A stretch of 64,000 bases of DNA from Lama glama (taxonomy: Eukaryota), in assembly GCA_028534125.1 (NCBI GenBank), contig CM052817.1, positions 49,602,001 through 49,666,000 of the forward strand, given 5' to 3'. Both the position numbers and the translations under genes were made by a program. Under the pieces are notes generated by a model, which was not told where the DNA came from, searched no databases, and saw only the letters and a program-made list of their open reading frames with translations. Positions 12,345-25,190 of the stretch are shown piece after piece. The first letter of the stretch is position 1. Each line of letters opens with the position of its first letter.

Positions 12345-14723
12345 CAGGCATATCTCATTGTATTTCACTTCATTATATTGTGTTTCGCAGATACTGTTTT
12401 ACAAATTGAAGCTTTGTGGCGATCTTGATTCCAGCAAGTCTATTGGTGCCATGTTCCAACAGCATTTGCTCACTTCATGTCTCACTGTCACATTGCTAGT
12501 ACCCACAATATTTCAAATTTTCATTATTATTATATGTGTCATGGTGGTTTGTGATCAGTGGTCTTGGATGTTACTATTGTAATTGTTTTGAGGCACCATG
12601 AACTGTGCCCATGTAAGACAGAGAGCTTGGCTGATAAATGCTTTGTGTGTTCTAACTGCTCCATTGACTGGCTGTTTCCCCTTCTCTCCTTTTCCTCAGG
12701 CTTCCCTATTCCCTGAAACACAACAATACTGAAATTAGGCCAGTTAGTAACCCTACAATAGCTTCTAAGTATTCAGGTAAAGGGAAGAGTTGCATGTCTC
12801 TCATTTTAAATAAAAAGCTAGAAATAATGAAGCTTAGTGAGGAAGGCATGTCGAAAGCTGAGACATGCTGAAAGCTAGGCCTCTTACACCAGCTAGCCAA
12901 GTTGTGAATGTAAAGGAACAGTTCTTGGAGGAAATTTAAAGTGCCATTCCAGTGAACACACAAATGATAAGAAAGCCAAATAGCCTTATTGCTGATACGA
13001 AGAAAGCTTTACTGGTTTGGATAGAAGATCAAACCAGCCACAACATTCCCTTAGGCCAAAGTCTAATCCAGGACAAGGCCCTAACTCTCTTTAATTCTAT
13101 GAAGGCTGGAGAGAGGTGAGGAAGCTACAGAAGAAAAGTTTGAAGCTAGCAGATGTTGACTTATCAGGTTTAAGAAAAGAATCTGTCTCTAGAACATAAA
13201 GGTGCAGAGTGAAGCAGCAAGTGCTAATGTAGAAGCTGTAGCAGATTACCTAGAGGCTCTAAGATAATTCATGAAGGTGACTATACTAAACCACAGATTT
13301 TCAATATAGATGCAATTGCCTTATATTGGAACAAGTGCCATCTAGAACTTTCATAGGTAGAGAGAAGTCAATTCCTGACTTCAAACACTCAAAGGACAGA
13401 CTGAGTCTCTTTTTAGGGACTAATGCAGCTGGTGACTCTAAATTGAAGCCAATGCTCATTAACCATTCCAAAAATTCTAGAGCCCTTAAGAATCATGCTA
13501 TATCTTCTCTGTCTGTGCTCTATAAATGAAAGAACAAAGCCGGGGTAGCAGCATATCTGTTTACAATATGGTTTACTGAATATTTTAAGCCCACTGTTGA
13601 GATCTACTGCTCAGAAAAAAGACTCCTTTCAAAATATTACTGCTCATTGACAAGGCATCAGTCATCCAAGAGCACTGATGAGTAAGATTTATCATTATTA
13701 ACACATTTTATTTTATTATCATTTATTAACACAGTATCCATTCTTCAGCTCATGGATCAAGGAGTAATTTGAACTTTTAAGCCTTATTATTTAAAAAATC
13801 CATTTTGTAAGGCTATCACTGCCATAGATAGTGATTCCTCTGATGACAAAGTAACTTAAAAACCTTCTGGAAAGGATTCATCATTCTAGATACTGTTAAG
13901 AATATTTGTGATTCATGAAAAGAGGTTACAATAACAACATTAATGGGAGCTTTGAAGAATTGATTCCAAACCACATGGATCACTTTGAGGGGTTCAAGAC
14001 CTCAGTGGAGGAAGGAACTGCAGATGTGGTGGAAACAGCAAAGAGAACTAGAATCATTAGTGGATCCTGAAGACGTGATTGAATTGCGGCAATCTCAGGA
14101 TAAAACTTTAACAGACGAAGAGTTCCTTTTTATGGAGGGGTAAAGAAAGTGGTTTCTTGACATGGAAACTACACCTGTTGAAGATGCCGTGAAGATTGTT
14201 GAAATGACAACAAAGGACTTAAAATGTTACACAAACAGATGATAGAGCAAAGGCAGGGTTTGAGAGGACTGACTCCAGCTTTGAAAGATCTACTGTGAGT
14301 AAAATGCTATCAAACCACACTGCATACTACAGAGAAATCATTTGTCAAAGAAAGAGTCAGTGTGGCAAACTTCATTGTTGTCTTTTTTTAAGACATGGCC
14401 TCAGCCACCCCAGCCTTCAGCAACCACTACCCTGATCAGTCAGCAGTCATCAATACCAAGGCAAAATGACGTGTCAGCAAAAAGATTACAACTCACTGAA
14501 GGTTAATATCATGGTTAGCATTTTTTAGCAATAAAGTATTTCAATTAAGGTATGTTACTTTTTTTTCGTCATAATACTATTGCATACTTAATAGACTACA
14601 GTATAGTGTCAACATAGCTTTCATATGCACTGAGAAACCAAAAAAGTTGTGTGACTTTATTGCGATATTTGCTTTATTGCAGTCATCTGGAACTGAACCT
14701 GTAATATCTCCAAGGTATAACTG
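12345..14723 (+). mobile_element. Tigger1 (Tc1/mariner-pogo) DNA transposon, near full length, decayed transposase
   Basis: Starts TA|caggcatatctc and ends ccaaggtataactg|TA (degenerate TIRs, TA TSD); 2379 bp; ORF 13326..13529 [39 protein letters not shown] is a pogo/Tigger DDE-transposase segment, broken by stops and frameshifts. Confidence 0.93.
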
Positions 14724-14725
14724 TA

Positions 14726-15015
14726 CTGTTTATAATTTCAATATTCATTTGTTCAATGCTAATATATGGAAATGCAGGTTGAATTTCATATGTAATGTGC
14801 TATCCTGTGGCCTTTGTAAGCTTACATATTAGTACCTTTCAGATTGATATTTTCTATATAATATGTTAAAAAAGGCAGTTTATTCCTTTTCATTCTATAT
14901 GTTCTTAATTTCTTTTTCTTGCTTTATTGAACTGTCTAGGACTTCCAGTATGAATGGAAGTGATGATAACAGACATCTTTGCTTTGATCCCAATCTTAGG
15001 AGAAAGCATTCAGGT
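14726..15015 (-). mobile_element. Old L1M ORF2 fragment interrupted by the Tigger1
   Basis: tttctttttcttgctttattgaactgtctaggacttccagta...catctttgctttgatcccaatcttaggagaaagcattca matches antisense L1 ORF2; appears to continue at about 12322-12342 on the other side of Tigger1. Confidence 0.75.
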
Positions 15016-16804
15016 CAATACTCAAATGTGTGTGTGCTTTGTTAAATATTTAATTTCTAAGTACACAGGCTTCTTTTAAATATCAAAAGTTGCTACAACA
15101 TCTGATCATTACATTGTCATGACTCTGTTTTTAATAATGAAATGGAAGTGTTTCTAAAACAGACTGAAGTAACATTACCCCTTTAATAATTATTCTAAGT
15201 CTATAGAATAGGTTTTGAAAGAATGAGTTTTCAATGTTTTCGATGTTATTTCAAACTAATAATTTATTGTATCAGAAATTTTACTAAAATGCTCATCAAT
15301 GCAATAGTTTTATAACCAGTCTTATTTACCCTTTACACTAGATTTTTAAAAATTTAAATGCAAATGAATGGTGACCAAAGCTATGTTGGAAAGGTCTCCC
15401 TGTGAAGGAGCCTTTCATGTGTTGTGACTATCACTCATTGGGATCATTCCAGTGCCAACTAAAGGTTGTGATATAGGTACTCTATGAACTGCTTCCAGCT
15501 AAATTTTTAGAGTTAAAATATATGTCTGTGTAAATTTAGTAGGGCAGTTATTTCCCTTGGATGCTGATTCACTGTGTTGAACAACAAAAACAATGAATTT
15601 TAAGTCAATGAGACAGAATGTCTTACCTTAAGAAATTCATACTATGCAGCTATGTGTCTCTTGTATAGCTGTATGAATATTTGAAAAATAATTGCAAACA
15701 ACTTAATGTATCTTTGACACAAATTTGCTGTTCAACCTGATAAACAGGTTTATGTTATAAAATACTGGAAGAGCAATAAATGATTCTTTATAGGAAGCAA
15801 CTGTTAAGTTAAATGTTAAGTTCACTTATTCATCAAATAGTTAAATGATGTTTATCATTGTCTGGTATCAATATATTTTAATGGAGGATACGGAAATTAA
15901 GCAAATATGTATCATAATTTTGGTAATGATTAAATGCAACAAAGACTAATGAAAAAGAATAAAAGGATAGAAAGTGAGATGGGCTATTTTAATATAATCA
16001 GAGAGCCCTTAAAGTGAGACCTGTAAATATCTGGGTAGGACTATTTCAAGCAAATAAGCAAAAGAAGAACTCTTCAGTGCAAAGATGTAGACAAAGTTTT
16101 TTAATTATTCAGAGTAGAATATTGCCAGGCCAACATAACTGAGAGATAAGATAGCTTGAATTATGTAATTTTTGAAAATGTAATTATACATATACATAAT
16201 ATCTAGAACTAGGCCACCAAGATAGCTCTCATGCATGTAAATTTAATGTAGTGGTAAGGATGGGACTAAATTATTTCTTAACTGTTTAAGAAAACAAACT
16301 TCTTAATTTAAAAAAACCAGTTTATTCAAAGTAAAACTTCAGCAAGATTAGAAGAATTTGACTGAGACTTTCTGAGTTGGTTTTTATACAAATCAACATG
16401 CTTATGCAACTACAAACCTTTATTCCATTATGGCCAAATTCTTGGGATTATCTGTTATTCCTATTGGCATTTGTAAATTCACAGCAAACAGTATTTCATA
16501 AAATATTGACCAGTGCAACCCCAGTTTATTATCTAGAAGCAGTCATCTAGGTTATTTTTCTTTAAAGTATAAGAATATAGCTGTGTAATATTTAACTTAG
16601 TGCATAGTATTAAAAATATAAATATTCTGAAATTTTATTTTCTATAGAGCAAACTTTGTAAAGGGAAGATTTATTAATATACTTAGCACATATTTATGAA
16701 CTCAGTGAGTGATATAAAGAAGAATGTCACAGAATCTGCTCTTAGAAAATCATAACCTAGGAGAGGATGCAGATAATTAAAAGAAGTAGAATGTAGTATA
16801 TATG

Positions 16805-17530
16805 TACCTACTCAAAAATGTTTATTGAACAACTATTGTATATGGCACTGTGCTAGACACAGGAGCTACAATGAACAAGGTAGGTACTATTCATGCCTTA
16901 CAAGATTTTCAGCCTAGCAGGATGAAAAAGACATTAAAATCGATACAAATAATATTTGATTGTTTATTATTAACTTAAAGTTGGAGAACTATAGGACACT
17001 ATGGAAACAAACGTGCAGTAGGGAGAGCACAACGTGTAATAGAGAACTATTAACCCTGAAGACGTTTGGAAGTATGAAAATAGGGATCACTTTTAGCTAG
17101 AGATTCAGAAAACTTCCATGGAAACAAAATATTTGAGTTGGATCTTGAAGGGTGGATAGGCTTTGGGTGTGGCGAAGAGGTAGGAAAGAGTATCACTGAT
17201 GGAGGCCACAGCTTGAGCAGAGTCATTAAAGTGTGGGAGCATGTTCAAGGGATCAAAGTTAGTCCAGTAGGCAAACTACTGGGAACTTTAATGAAAATAG
17301 CCATCAACTGGCTGAAAAGGTAGGTTTAGACCTATGAGTGAATGTCTAGCCTTGATGCAGTGGACAGCAGGCAGCTGAAGACATTTAAGCAAAAGAAACA
17401 TCATCAGAAAAAGGCTTTCCAAAATATTTCTGTTCACTGGTGTTAGATTGCTGGGGAGAAAATGTGAAAACAAGGAGACTAGCTAAGACTCCACTGTGAT
17501 AGTTCAGTTAGGACACACTGAAGCAGGACT
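16805..17530 (-). mobile_element. L2 LINE 3' remnant
   Basis: aaatgtttattgaacaactattgtatatggcactgtgctagacacagg followed by purine-rich decayed L2-like sequence. Confidence 0.6.
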
Positions 17531-17864
17531 TAACCCAAATCTTTGGGTTTATTTGTGGGCTTAATTATCAAAGGAAAAGATATGTAGGACACAGAAATGA
17601 TTGAGATTTACAATCACAGTCCTAAATTTAAATTCTTGTTCCAATTCTTTTCAATCTTACCTTGCCCAAATTAATCTAAGTCTTAGTCAATTTTAATAAC
17701 ATGACAAAATTGTTGGATGAATTTGAGATAAAATGTATCAACTGTTCAGCACCATGACTGACGAGGAGAGGTTCCAAAGTGGAAATCACACAAATATGCT
17801 TCCCCAATGTTGGCATTTGTGGTACCATTGAATAAATTACAGTTTCAAGTTGATAAATAATAAT

Positions 17865-18050
17865 TATAATACCTTCCTTTCACTGACTGCTTATTAACTG
17901 TCAGGCACTATGCTCAGCACTTAATTTATATTTTCTCATAATACAGTCCAGAATATTAGAGTCATTAATGTCAGTAAAGTCCCTATTTTTTTAGATATGG
18001 AACTGAAAGTTATCAAAAAGTCATAAAGCTAACAATAAATAGTAGAACCT
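17865..18050 (-). mobile_element. MIR SINE remnant
   Basis: gtcaggcactatgctcagcactt...ccctattttttagatatggaactgaa matches the antisense MIR tail and core. Confidence 0.55.
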
Positions 18051-18699
18051 ACTGCCATGGGCAAGTTTTAGGCAATCTATTTCATGGTCTTGTAATATAG
18101 CAAGCAAGAATGTCTGAGTGGTTATAATAGTCATAAAAATTCTGTAAAGAGAAAGTGTTTATTCAGAGAGTCAATGTAAGAGAAAGAATAATTTCAGAAA
18201 TACTGAACTGAGATGAGTGAAAATTGTGATGGCAGATGTGCAAGCTTCAGCTGTAAGAAGCAGACTAGGCAAACAAGGTAAAACAAGGAGAAGAGCTGGG
18301 TTCTGGGGTTACGGTGCTGGGGTTCAATTACGTCAGCGTCATGCTTAATACAATACAGAATTTATACAGAAACCACCTCTAACTGGTGAGCTTCAACCTG
18401 AATAAGGCATAAAAGAAAAATGGGATCAAAATGCACAGTGGCCTTGATTATTCTGAGGGGGCTTAATACCATGTCTTTGACAAATGATTGAAGAGTTATT
18501 AGTCTTCATTCCCATCCTTGGACTTCTACTAGAACCATTTTATTTTCAAGGCAAGAAAGTCAGATAAGAGTGTGGAAAATATATTCCACTGAAGTGAGAA
18601 CCAGAATAAAATGGCTACACAGAAAAAGAGGAGACAGTTGAATTCAGTTATTCCTGGGAAAACAATGGATTTTTATAAAGATCAGTTAGTGGCATTTTA

Positions 18700-18927
18700 A
18701 TAACAGCAAAAAAACTTTATAGTACATATGGCATTTTACATACATTATCTCATTTTATTTTCATAAGAAACCTATGAATTAGATACTATTATATCCATTT
18801 TGCTGATTAAAAAAATTAAAGCACAGAGAAGTTACACATCATGTCGAAAGTCACACAGCTGTTAAGCATTACAGTGGGAATTTAAAAGGGATCAGCTGGA
18901 CTCCTTAGGGTGCTTTTAATCACTATG
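18700..18927 (-). mobile_element. MIR SINE
   Basis: cattatctcatttta...tactattatatccatttt...aagcacagagaagttac...aaagtcacacagct matches the antisense MIR core. Confidence 0.75.
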
Positions 18928-20879
18928 GGATTATACTTCATCTCAACTCAAAACAAACTTTATGTCTTTCGACTGACCATAGAGCAGACCATAATAAAAG
19001 ATGGTTCATTGTTGGTGATTTAATTCCACTGTGTCTCATATCCAAGGCAAAACACTGGGGAGGAAGTTTCTGAGTCTGTGGATATTGCTGAGGTTGAAAA
19101 AGGTTCCTTTGTGTACTGAAAATTTCATTTACAGTGAATGAATATTGTGTTAGTTTTCTGTTGCTGCTTCTCTACATTAACATGTGTGTGTCACTGTGTT
19201 TGTGTGTGTTTTAAGGAAGGTTGTTAACCTCAGGTAACCTATGTCATTAAAGAAGTACTACTAAGCATCAGCATTCCCAGAAATGAATGCTTTTTGGGAA
19301 GAAGTAGAGAGGACTGTGCCCAGACAGAATATCTAATTTGTATCTATGCTGCAAGTTGAGTACAAGTGTGTTAAGACATGTGTAAAGTATAAAAAGAATT
19401 CCCCTTAGGGCTGCTGTCCTGAGAAGACCTGATTAGCACATAAATATTGATGCTGCACATGGAGGAGCATAACTTAAGCTGGTTATTTACATTTCTTTAG
19501 TATCAAGAATAGTCATGTATTTAAATTCTCATCTCGATGGCATCAGCTATATAATGGATTCACGTTATCAAGTTCAAATTAATTGTACAGCGTTTCCTGG
19601 TAACATTTTATAACGTTAAGGACAAACAGAAATATGCCTAAAGAGAAGTCATAGAAGAGTGGTTATAAAGATTTCAATATTGGTCACACTTTATTAAAAA
19701 TGTTTATACAGTCTTCACAAAATAACTTCTTTTGTACTTAAACCCTTGGCCAACTCATCCTCCTTTCCTTTGTGTTGCTGAGTCAAATTAATATACAACT
19801 TTATTTAACATAAACTCTTGGGTCTCTTTCCAATTTTGAGTTAGTTGATTTGAAAACAAGGCCAAAGCCTTCAATTCTGAATGTAAAAAGCATACTCAGA
19901 AAATTCTCAGGGAGCTGTGCTTTCATCATTTATATTCATCTGTTAAATGATGCCTATTAATATTTCTCAATTGTTGAAAGATGTTTGGGACATTTTTTCT
20001 CAATATGTCCCTAATTGTTTCCCCAAGGCAGTAAGGGGATTTGGCTCACTGGTGAAAAGAATTGAATATGTTTACCTGATTTTAATTCATGTGACAGCAG
20101 GGACCTAGGTTTGTTGATCAGTGAATACCAGTGCCTATAACAGTGCTGGGCATACTCTAGGTTTTCAATCAGAACTTGTTGAATGAATTACATGTGACAG
20201 AAGGATTAGATCCATTTTGTGTGATCCTAAGGAAATATAACTAGCGTAATGGATATAAAGTTTAGGAATGCATTCTTTAAAACCACCATCAGGTTATTCA
20301 AAGGTGGAAGGAGTTTCCTTGGGAAGTTAGGAAGGAAGGATTTCAAGGATAGGCTGGCCAACATTATAGTAGTGATACTATAAAGGAGATTATAGCACTG
20401 GTGATTTAAGTGGATTAATTATAACATGTTTAACTATGAATTTTGAGATTCTGTTTGGCTTTCCGGATAAAACCAAGAAAGGAGTCTTCAAATTCCTATT
20501 CTCAGATGTATAAATACACACTTGTGTCTACAACAGTCTCAGAGAAAGGAGATCCCTCTAAGACTATTTCTCTAGATTCCAGACTTTGCTAGTTCTTCTA
20601 AGCCCTGGCACAGCAGGGAATAAATGGCTCATGTTTATATCTGCTACATGTCTACTTGTTCCTTTCTTATAGGATTTTCCTATGTTGAAAAGACTTTATA
20701 GAGGTGACACTTGAAAAGTGATAAGGTCCTCCTGGGTGTATAGCAGGTAAAGGCTGGTGAATCAAATGTGAGATGAGAAGGTGCTGTATGGGAGATCAGG
20801 CTGCCAAGGGCTCCATCAAGGTCACGCTAAAGAATTTGCGTGTCCCTTGGATCTATGAATGATTTCATCTTCACTTTGT

Positions 20880-21130
20880 GCATATCTCTGCTTAGATGTC
20901 ACCTTTGCAAAAAGGTCTCCCCTGATCTCTAATCTCAACCCACCTCCATTCATTCTCTATCCTCTTACCTGACACTTCACATTTATGTATAGATTTATTT
21001 CTTGCTGTCTTCCCCTCAGGAGATGTGAAGGCAGAGAACATATTCTCAGTCCTGCTATATCCCTACTATCTAAAATAGTGTCTGAAATAAGTAAATGGTC
21101 AATGAACATACATTGAATCAACAAATAAAA
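20880..21130 (+). mobile_element. L2 3' end remnant
   Basis: cttagatgtcacctttgcaaaaaggtctcccctga...aatagtgtctgaaataagtaaatggtcaatgaacatacattgaat. Confidence 0.55.
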
Positions 21131-24100
21131 TCAGGTGTCTTATTAACAGGATACTTGATAATCATAGTAATCAGAAAGTCTTCTTGAGGCAGAAAATGTG
21201 ATCATTCTAATGCAACTTTTGTAGTCAACCAGAAAATAGATGATCTTGAAATGTCTGCCATATTTTTTAAGGATATGGGGAAACCATAGAAATGTTATTC
21301 ATATTTGCAAGAATTAAATTAAATTACTAAATATTGTTGCTTGTGGAGCTGCTTTCAGAGGCAGAGCTGACCTTGCTGATGTCATAGCACAGGAGGAGGT
21401 TGATTCTGGGTGCTTACATGATAGCGATCATTATTTTGAAGGTCAGCTATAAAGGGGTAAAGATCTTATGCCAGATCTAGAACTCAAAGGTCTTAAAAGA
21501 TGTTTAAGGAATTTTTGGAAAACACATGAAATTTTTGTCACTGATTTCCTGAAATGTTTTACATACTTCTGTATTATATTGTACTAGATAAATACGAATT
21601 AACAAGACTAACATCCTGCCTCCCCCCACCCCCACCCCGCCTATAGAGCTATTACACATTCTAGTAAAGGAACAGGATGCTGTGCAATTTCTGCCCACAC
21701 TCTGCAGCTTTGCCTTCTCCAGTGCCTGCCAAAGCAGTCATATCTGGCTGATAGGGAAGTAAATTTTGATGACTAACTCATACTTGAAATTCCCCGAGTT
21801 TCCACCACTTCACCAGTTCCTTGTGCTTCTGCAGTCACTTACTATCGTGGCATTTACAGAATATGACCACGTGTGTCTTTTGGACAAAACCAAGGACAAT
21901 TTCTTGCCAGAGTCTTTTGATTTGTTTATCTTTGAAATTCTTATGAAGTCCAGAGCAGATTTTGCCTTGTCATGAAAATACCAGTGTCACTACTTAGGTA
22001 GCTGGATCATTTAAGTGCTGCAACAATACAATCAGTTCTTCTTCTTTTTTTTTTTTTTTTTTACTACCTATCATTTTGCCAATGTTTCTGACCCATGTTT
22101 TCTAGTATTGCCAACAGTCTTCCCATAGGAAGAAATCTCCCAAAGTACTGCATTGTCATAAGCCTAAGTAAATTAAACTGTTTAAACCATTAAAATGGCT
22201 TCCCAGATATTCTTAAACTCTTTTTACTTCTTCTCACCTTTTATCTGAAATAATGTGAATTATTTTCTTTTGTCAATTTCATCAATTTTTCTTTGAAGTG
22301 GTAGTGGAAAATGCTACTAATCAGGGAGTTTTCTTTCACTTCCGAATAAATTCTATGGTCATATTTCTGTTTTAAAAGGTGCTTTCATGATAATGTGAAA
22401 TTGTTCTGCTTGTAAGCAAGGAGTACAAGGGGCAGGATGTATTTAACCAGTATTCCATGCTGGAGAACTCTCTTTATCCTTCAAGGGTGGCTCAGCTGTC
22501 ATATTATCTGAGAACTCCTTCCTGTACCCATTTCTGTTCCTTTCCCGAACAACTTTTAGTGTTCAATCCTGTATGTTTTCTTATCACAATACTTGGTAAG
22601 TTTATGATTTTCCTATGACACTAAATGATTTTATTATTTTATTCCTTTCTACTGTACCATAAACCCTTTGAATATAAAGTCTATATTGTTGTGATTTTGT
22701 TTTTAAATTTTTTTATCCCCAGTGTTTGGAATATATTAGGCACATAATAAAGGTTCTTAAAAAGAACTGAAATAACTGTAACAAAAGGACATGTAACAAT
22801 CCTGCCAACCAGATCATGCCTCATGTGGCTTTGGATATTCCAAGTTCAATACTAGAGACCTTTACCTGAAAACACTTGACATATTTTACATGAATAAACC
22901 AAGTCTAATTATTAATATGTAGTTTGGGGGCCTTTACTATGAACTCATAGTCACGAAGTAAGACTTTGGGAGAGAAAAGTACTGGAAAAACTTATAACCT
23001 ATTTGGAGTTCAGAGAAAGTAGACAATACTCGAGTTTAAAAGGCTTAGAACAAGCTTTTCCTCTAAATCCACAAATAAAATACTATAGTTTACATAGCTT
23101 AAATGTCTCTATTATTAAAAACTAAATGTGAGATATAAATGTACGTATTTTCCCTGGAAAGTCGTGTATTACAAGTAGCTTAGAGAAGATGAGAAGCAGT
23201 CAGTCGACGCTAAACCAACAAATAATTACTCAGTAATAGCATAGATGTTTTCTGGTGATACAACCTTAGAAAATCAAACACACACTGATTGTATTATTAA
23301 ATCTAGAAATGGGAAAAGTGATGCCAGCACTTATATTTCAGTAAAGAGCTGGTTCAAATCCCCGTTTTTTAGCTGAATAAATTAAACCAAGGGATTAAAT
23401 TTTTTAAAGGGCAGAGTACTTTGCCAAACTACATGCTATAAAGTATCTCAAATTAGTGGGTAAGGTCATATCAAGAAAAAAAGACAGGTACAAAAGCAAT
23501 CTTAAATATAAATTTTAAATGTAACCCTTTTGTCATCTGACAAATCTTTAGCTATACCATCCAGAGAACACCTGGCAGTGATGTTAGTGATTAATGAAGT
23601 TTTACTCTAGTCTGGGGATATCTCTCTCATCGTGAGTGTCCTCTTGTGACTTGCACAATCCACCTGAACCTTGTATGCTTACAAATATTTCAATTTAACT
23701 CTTTAAAAGGAAACAAATGGATTAACTTTGAAAATTCTGAAATAATAACTTAGGCACTAATAGGCTATCTTACACATCTTCATTATCATGACTTATTTGT
23801 AACTCATTGTTCTTTAATCTGGTCAAAATTACTATGACTTTTCCATGTAACTTCATGTTTCATTGGATTTTGAACGACTTTTATTTCGTGGACTCTCACA
23901 TTAAATCAAGAATCTAAAAGATTTACCTACGTTGAGACTTGAGGGACTAGAATATGTCTTACTTATATAACAATTGTCCCAATGTGCCTGACATAAAAGA
24001 CACGCCGTTTAATGCAATATATAATGAAGGTGGCCTACTTCTGCACAGTGCTCCTTGAATAACTCGTTAGAAAATCAATTAATTTTGTCATAAAAGCCTC

Positions 24101-24809
24101 CATTTTGAGAAAAGTTCTATAAAGGAAACTATGGAAAAGCAGGTCTGTTTCAATTGCTTAAATAAACTTCTTAAAAGTTCAAGACTGAACTAGCTATAAG
24201 CTCTCTCTAATACGCAACTGTCATACGTCCAATCATCAGCTATCTCTGATACACTAATTATACAGCTCGTTACAACAGGTGATTGGGAAGGGGCAAGCTT
24301 TCTCACCTGTTTATTTAGACATGATTATAGTGCTTATCACCCAAGAGCTGCCTCTAAAGCAGGATATAACTCTTGGGCTTAATTGCTAAACTACACAGGT
24401 GGCATTTTGGGGGGTGGTTGGCAGTCACAGAGGTTATATTTGCTCTCTTGATCAAAACATTTGTGAGACTGTCTCAAAAGAAAGGTGTAAGACTGAGGTT
24501 TTTTTTTTTTTTCTACATGTTATCTTTCAGCTCTCTGATAATGTAGCTTGTCTACTATATCTAGCTGAGTTAAGTCATAAGAATGAAAAAGCAGCATAGG
24601 CTAAGACCATAGGAAAATATAAACAGGGGTTACCTCTGCAGTAATATAAAAGGAATTTCTTCTGCTAAAGAAACTGAAATGTTTCTTTTATTAACAATAT
24701 TTTAAGCCAGGAAATGTTCATTGGTTTATAACTGCTTCTCCATAATAATTTTAATGGCCTAGTTGATAAGATTAATGGCCAATAAGCCCAACTCCAAGTT
24801 ATTTTCTAA

Positions 24810-25190
24810 TGCAGGCACTTCGCACACTTTCTATCCACCAGAAACGGACTTGCAACAATTCTACACGTGGAAGATCTCCTCGTAGTCACGTCTCAGCATA
24901 AATACTACCTTCCCAAAGAGGTCTCCCTGACTCCCTCTTTTCAAGTAGTTTCCCTCTCCCCGCCCAGTCTATATACTCTTATTTTCAGTCACAGTCATCC
25001 TATTCATGTTCTTCATAGCTATTATCACAACTTTAAGGCTCTCTATGCTTACTAGTTTTATCTTTCTCTCCTTCTAGACTACAAACACTACAACAGCAAG
25101 GATCATACATTTTCATTTTATTCACTGTGTATTCAGTAATTATTAGTGCCTAAAATATGGTTGGTGTTTATAAAATAATTGGTAAGTATT
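24810..25190 (+). mobile_element. L2 3' end remnant
   Basis: tctcagcataaatactaccttcccaaagaggtctccctgac...ctagactacaaacact...ttattcactgtgtattc...gtgcctaaaatatgg. Confidence 0.55.

Noticed and set aside
12345..14723. Possible domesticated or active transposase (TIGD-like gene)
   Set aside because: The frame is broken by many stops and frameshifts; the longest sense-strand transposase piece is 67 aa.
24229..24286. Inverted pair of CCAAT boxes (CCAATCA ... TGATTGG)
   Set aside because: Short motifs with no other support such as a CpG island or a clear downstream exon.
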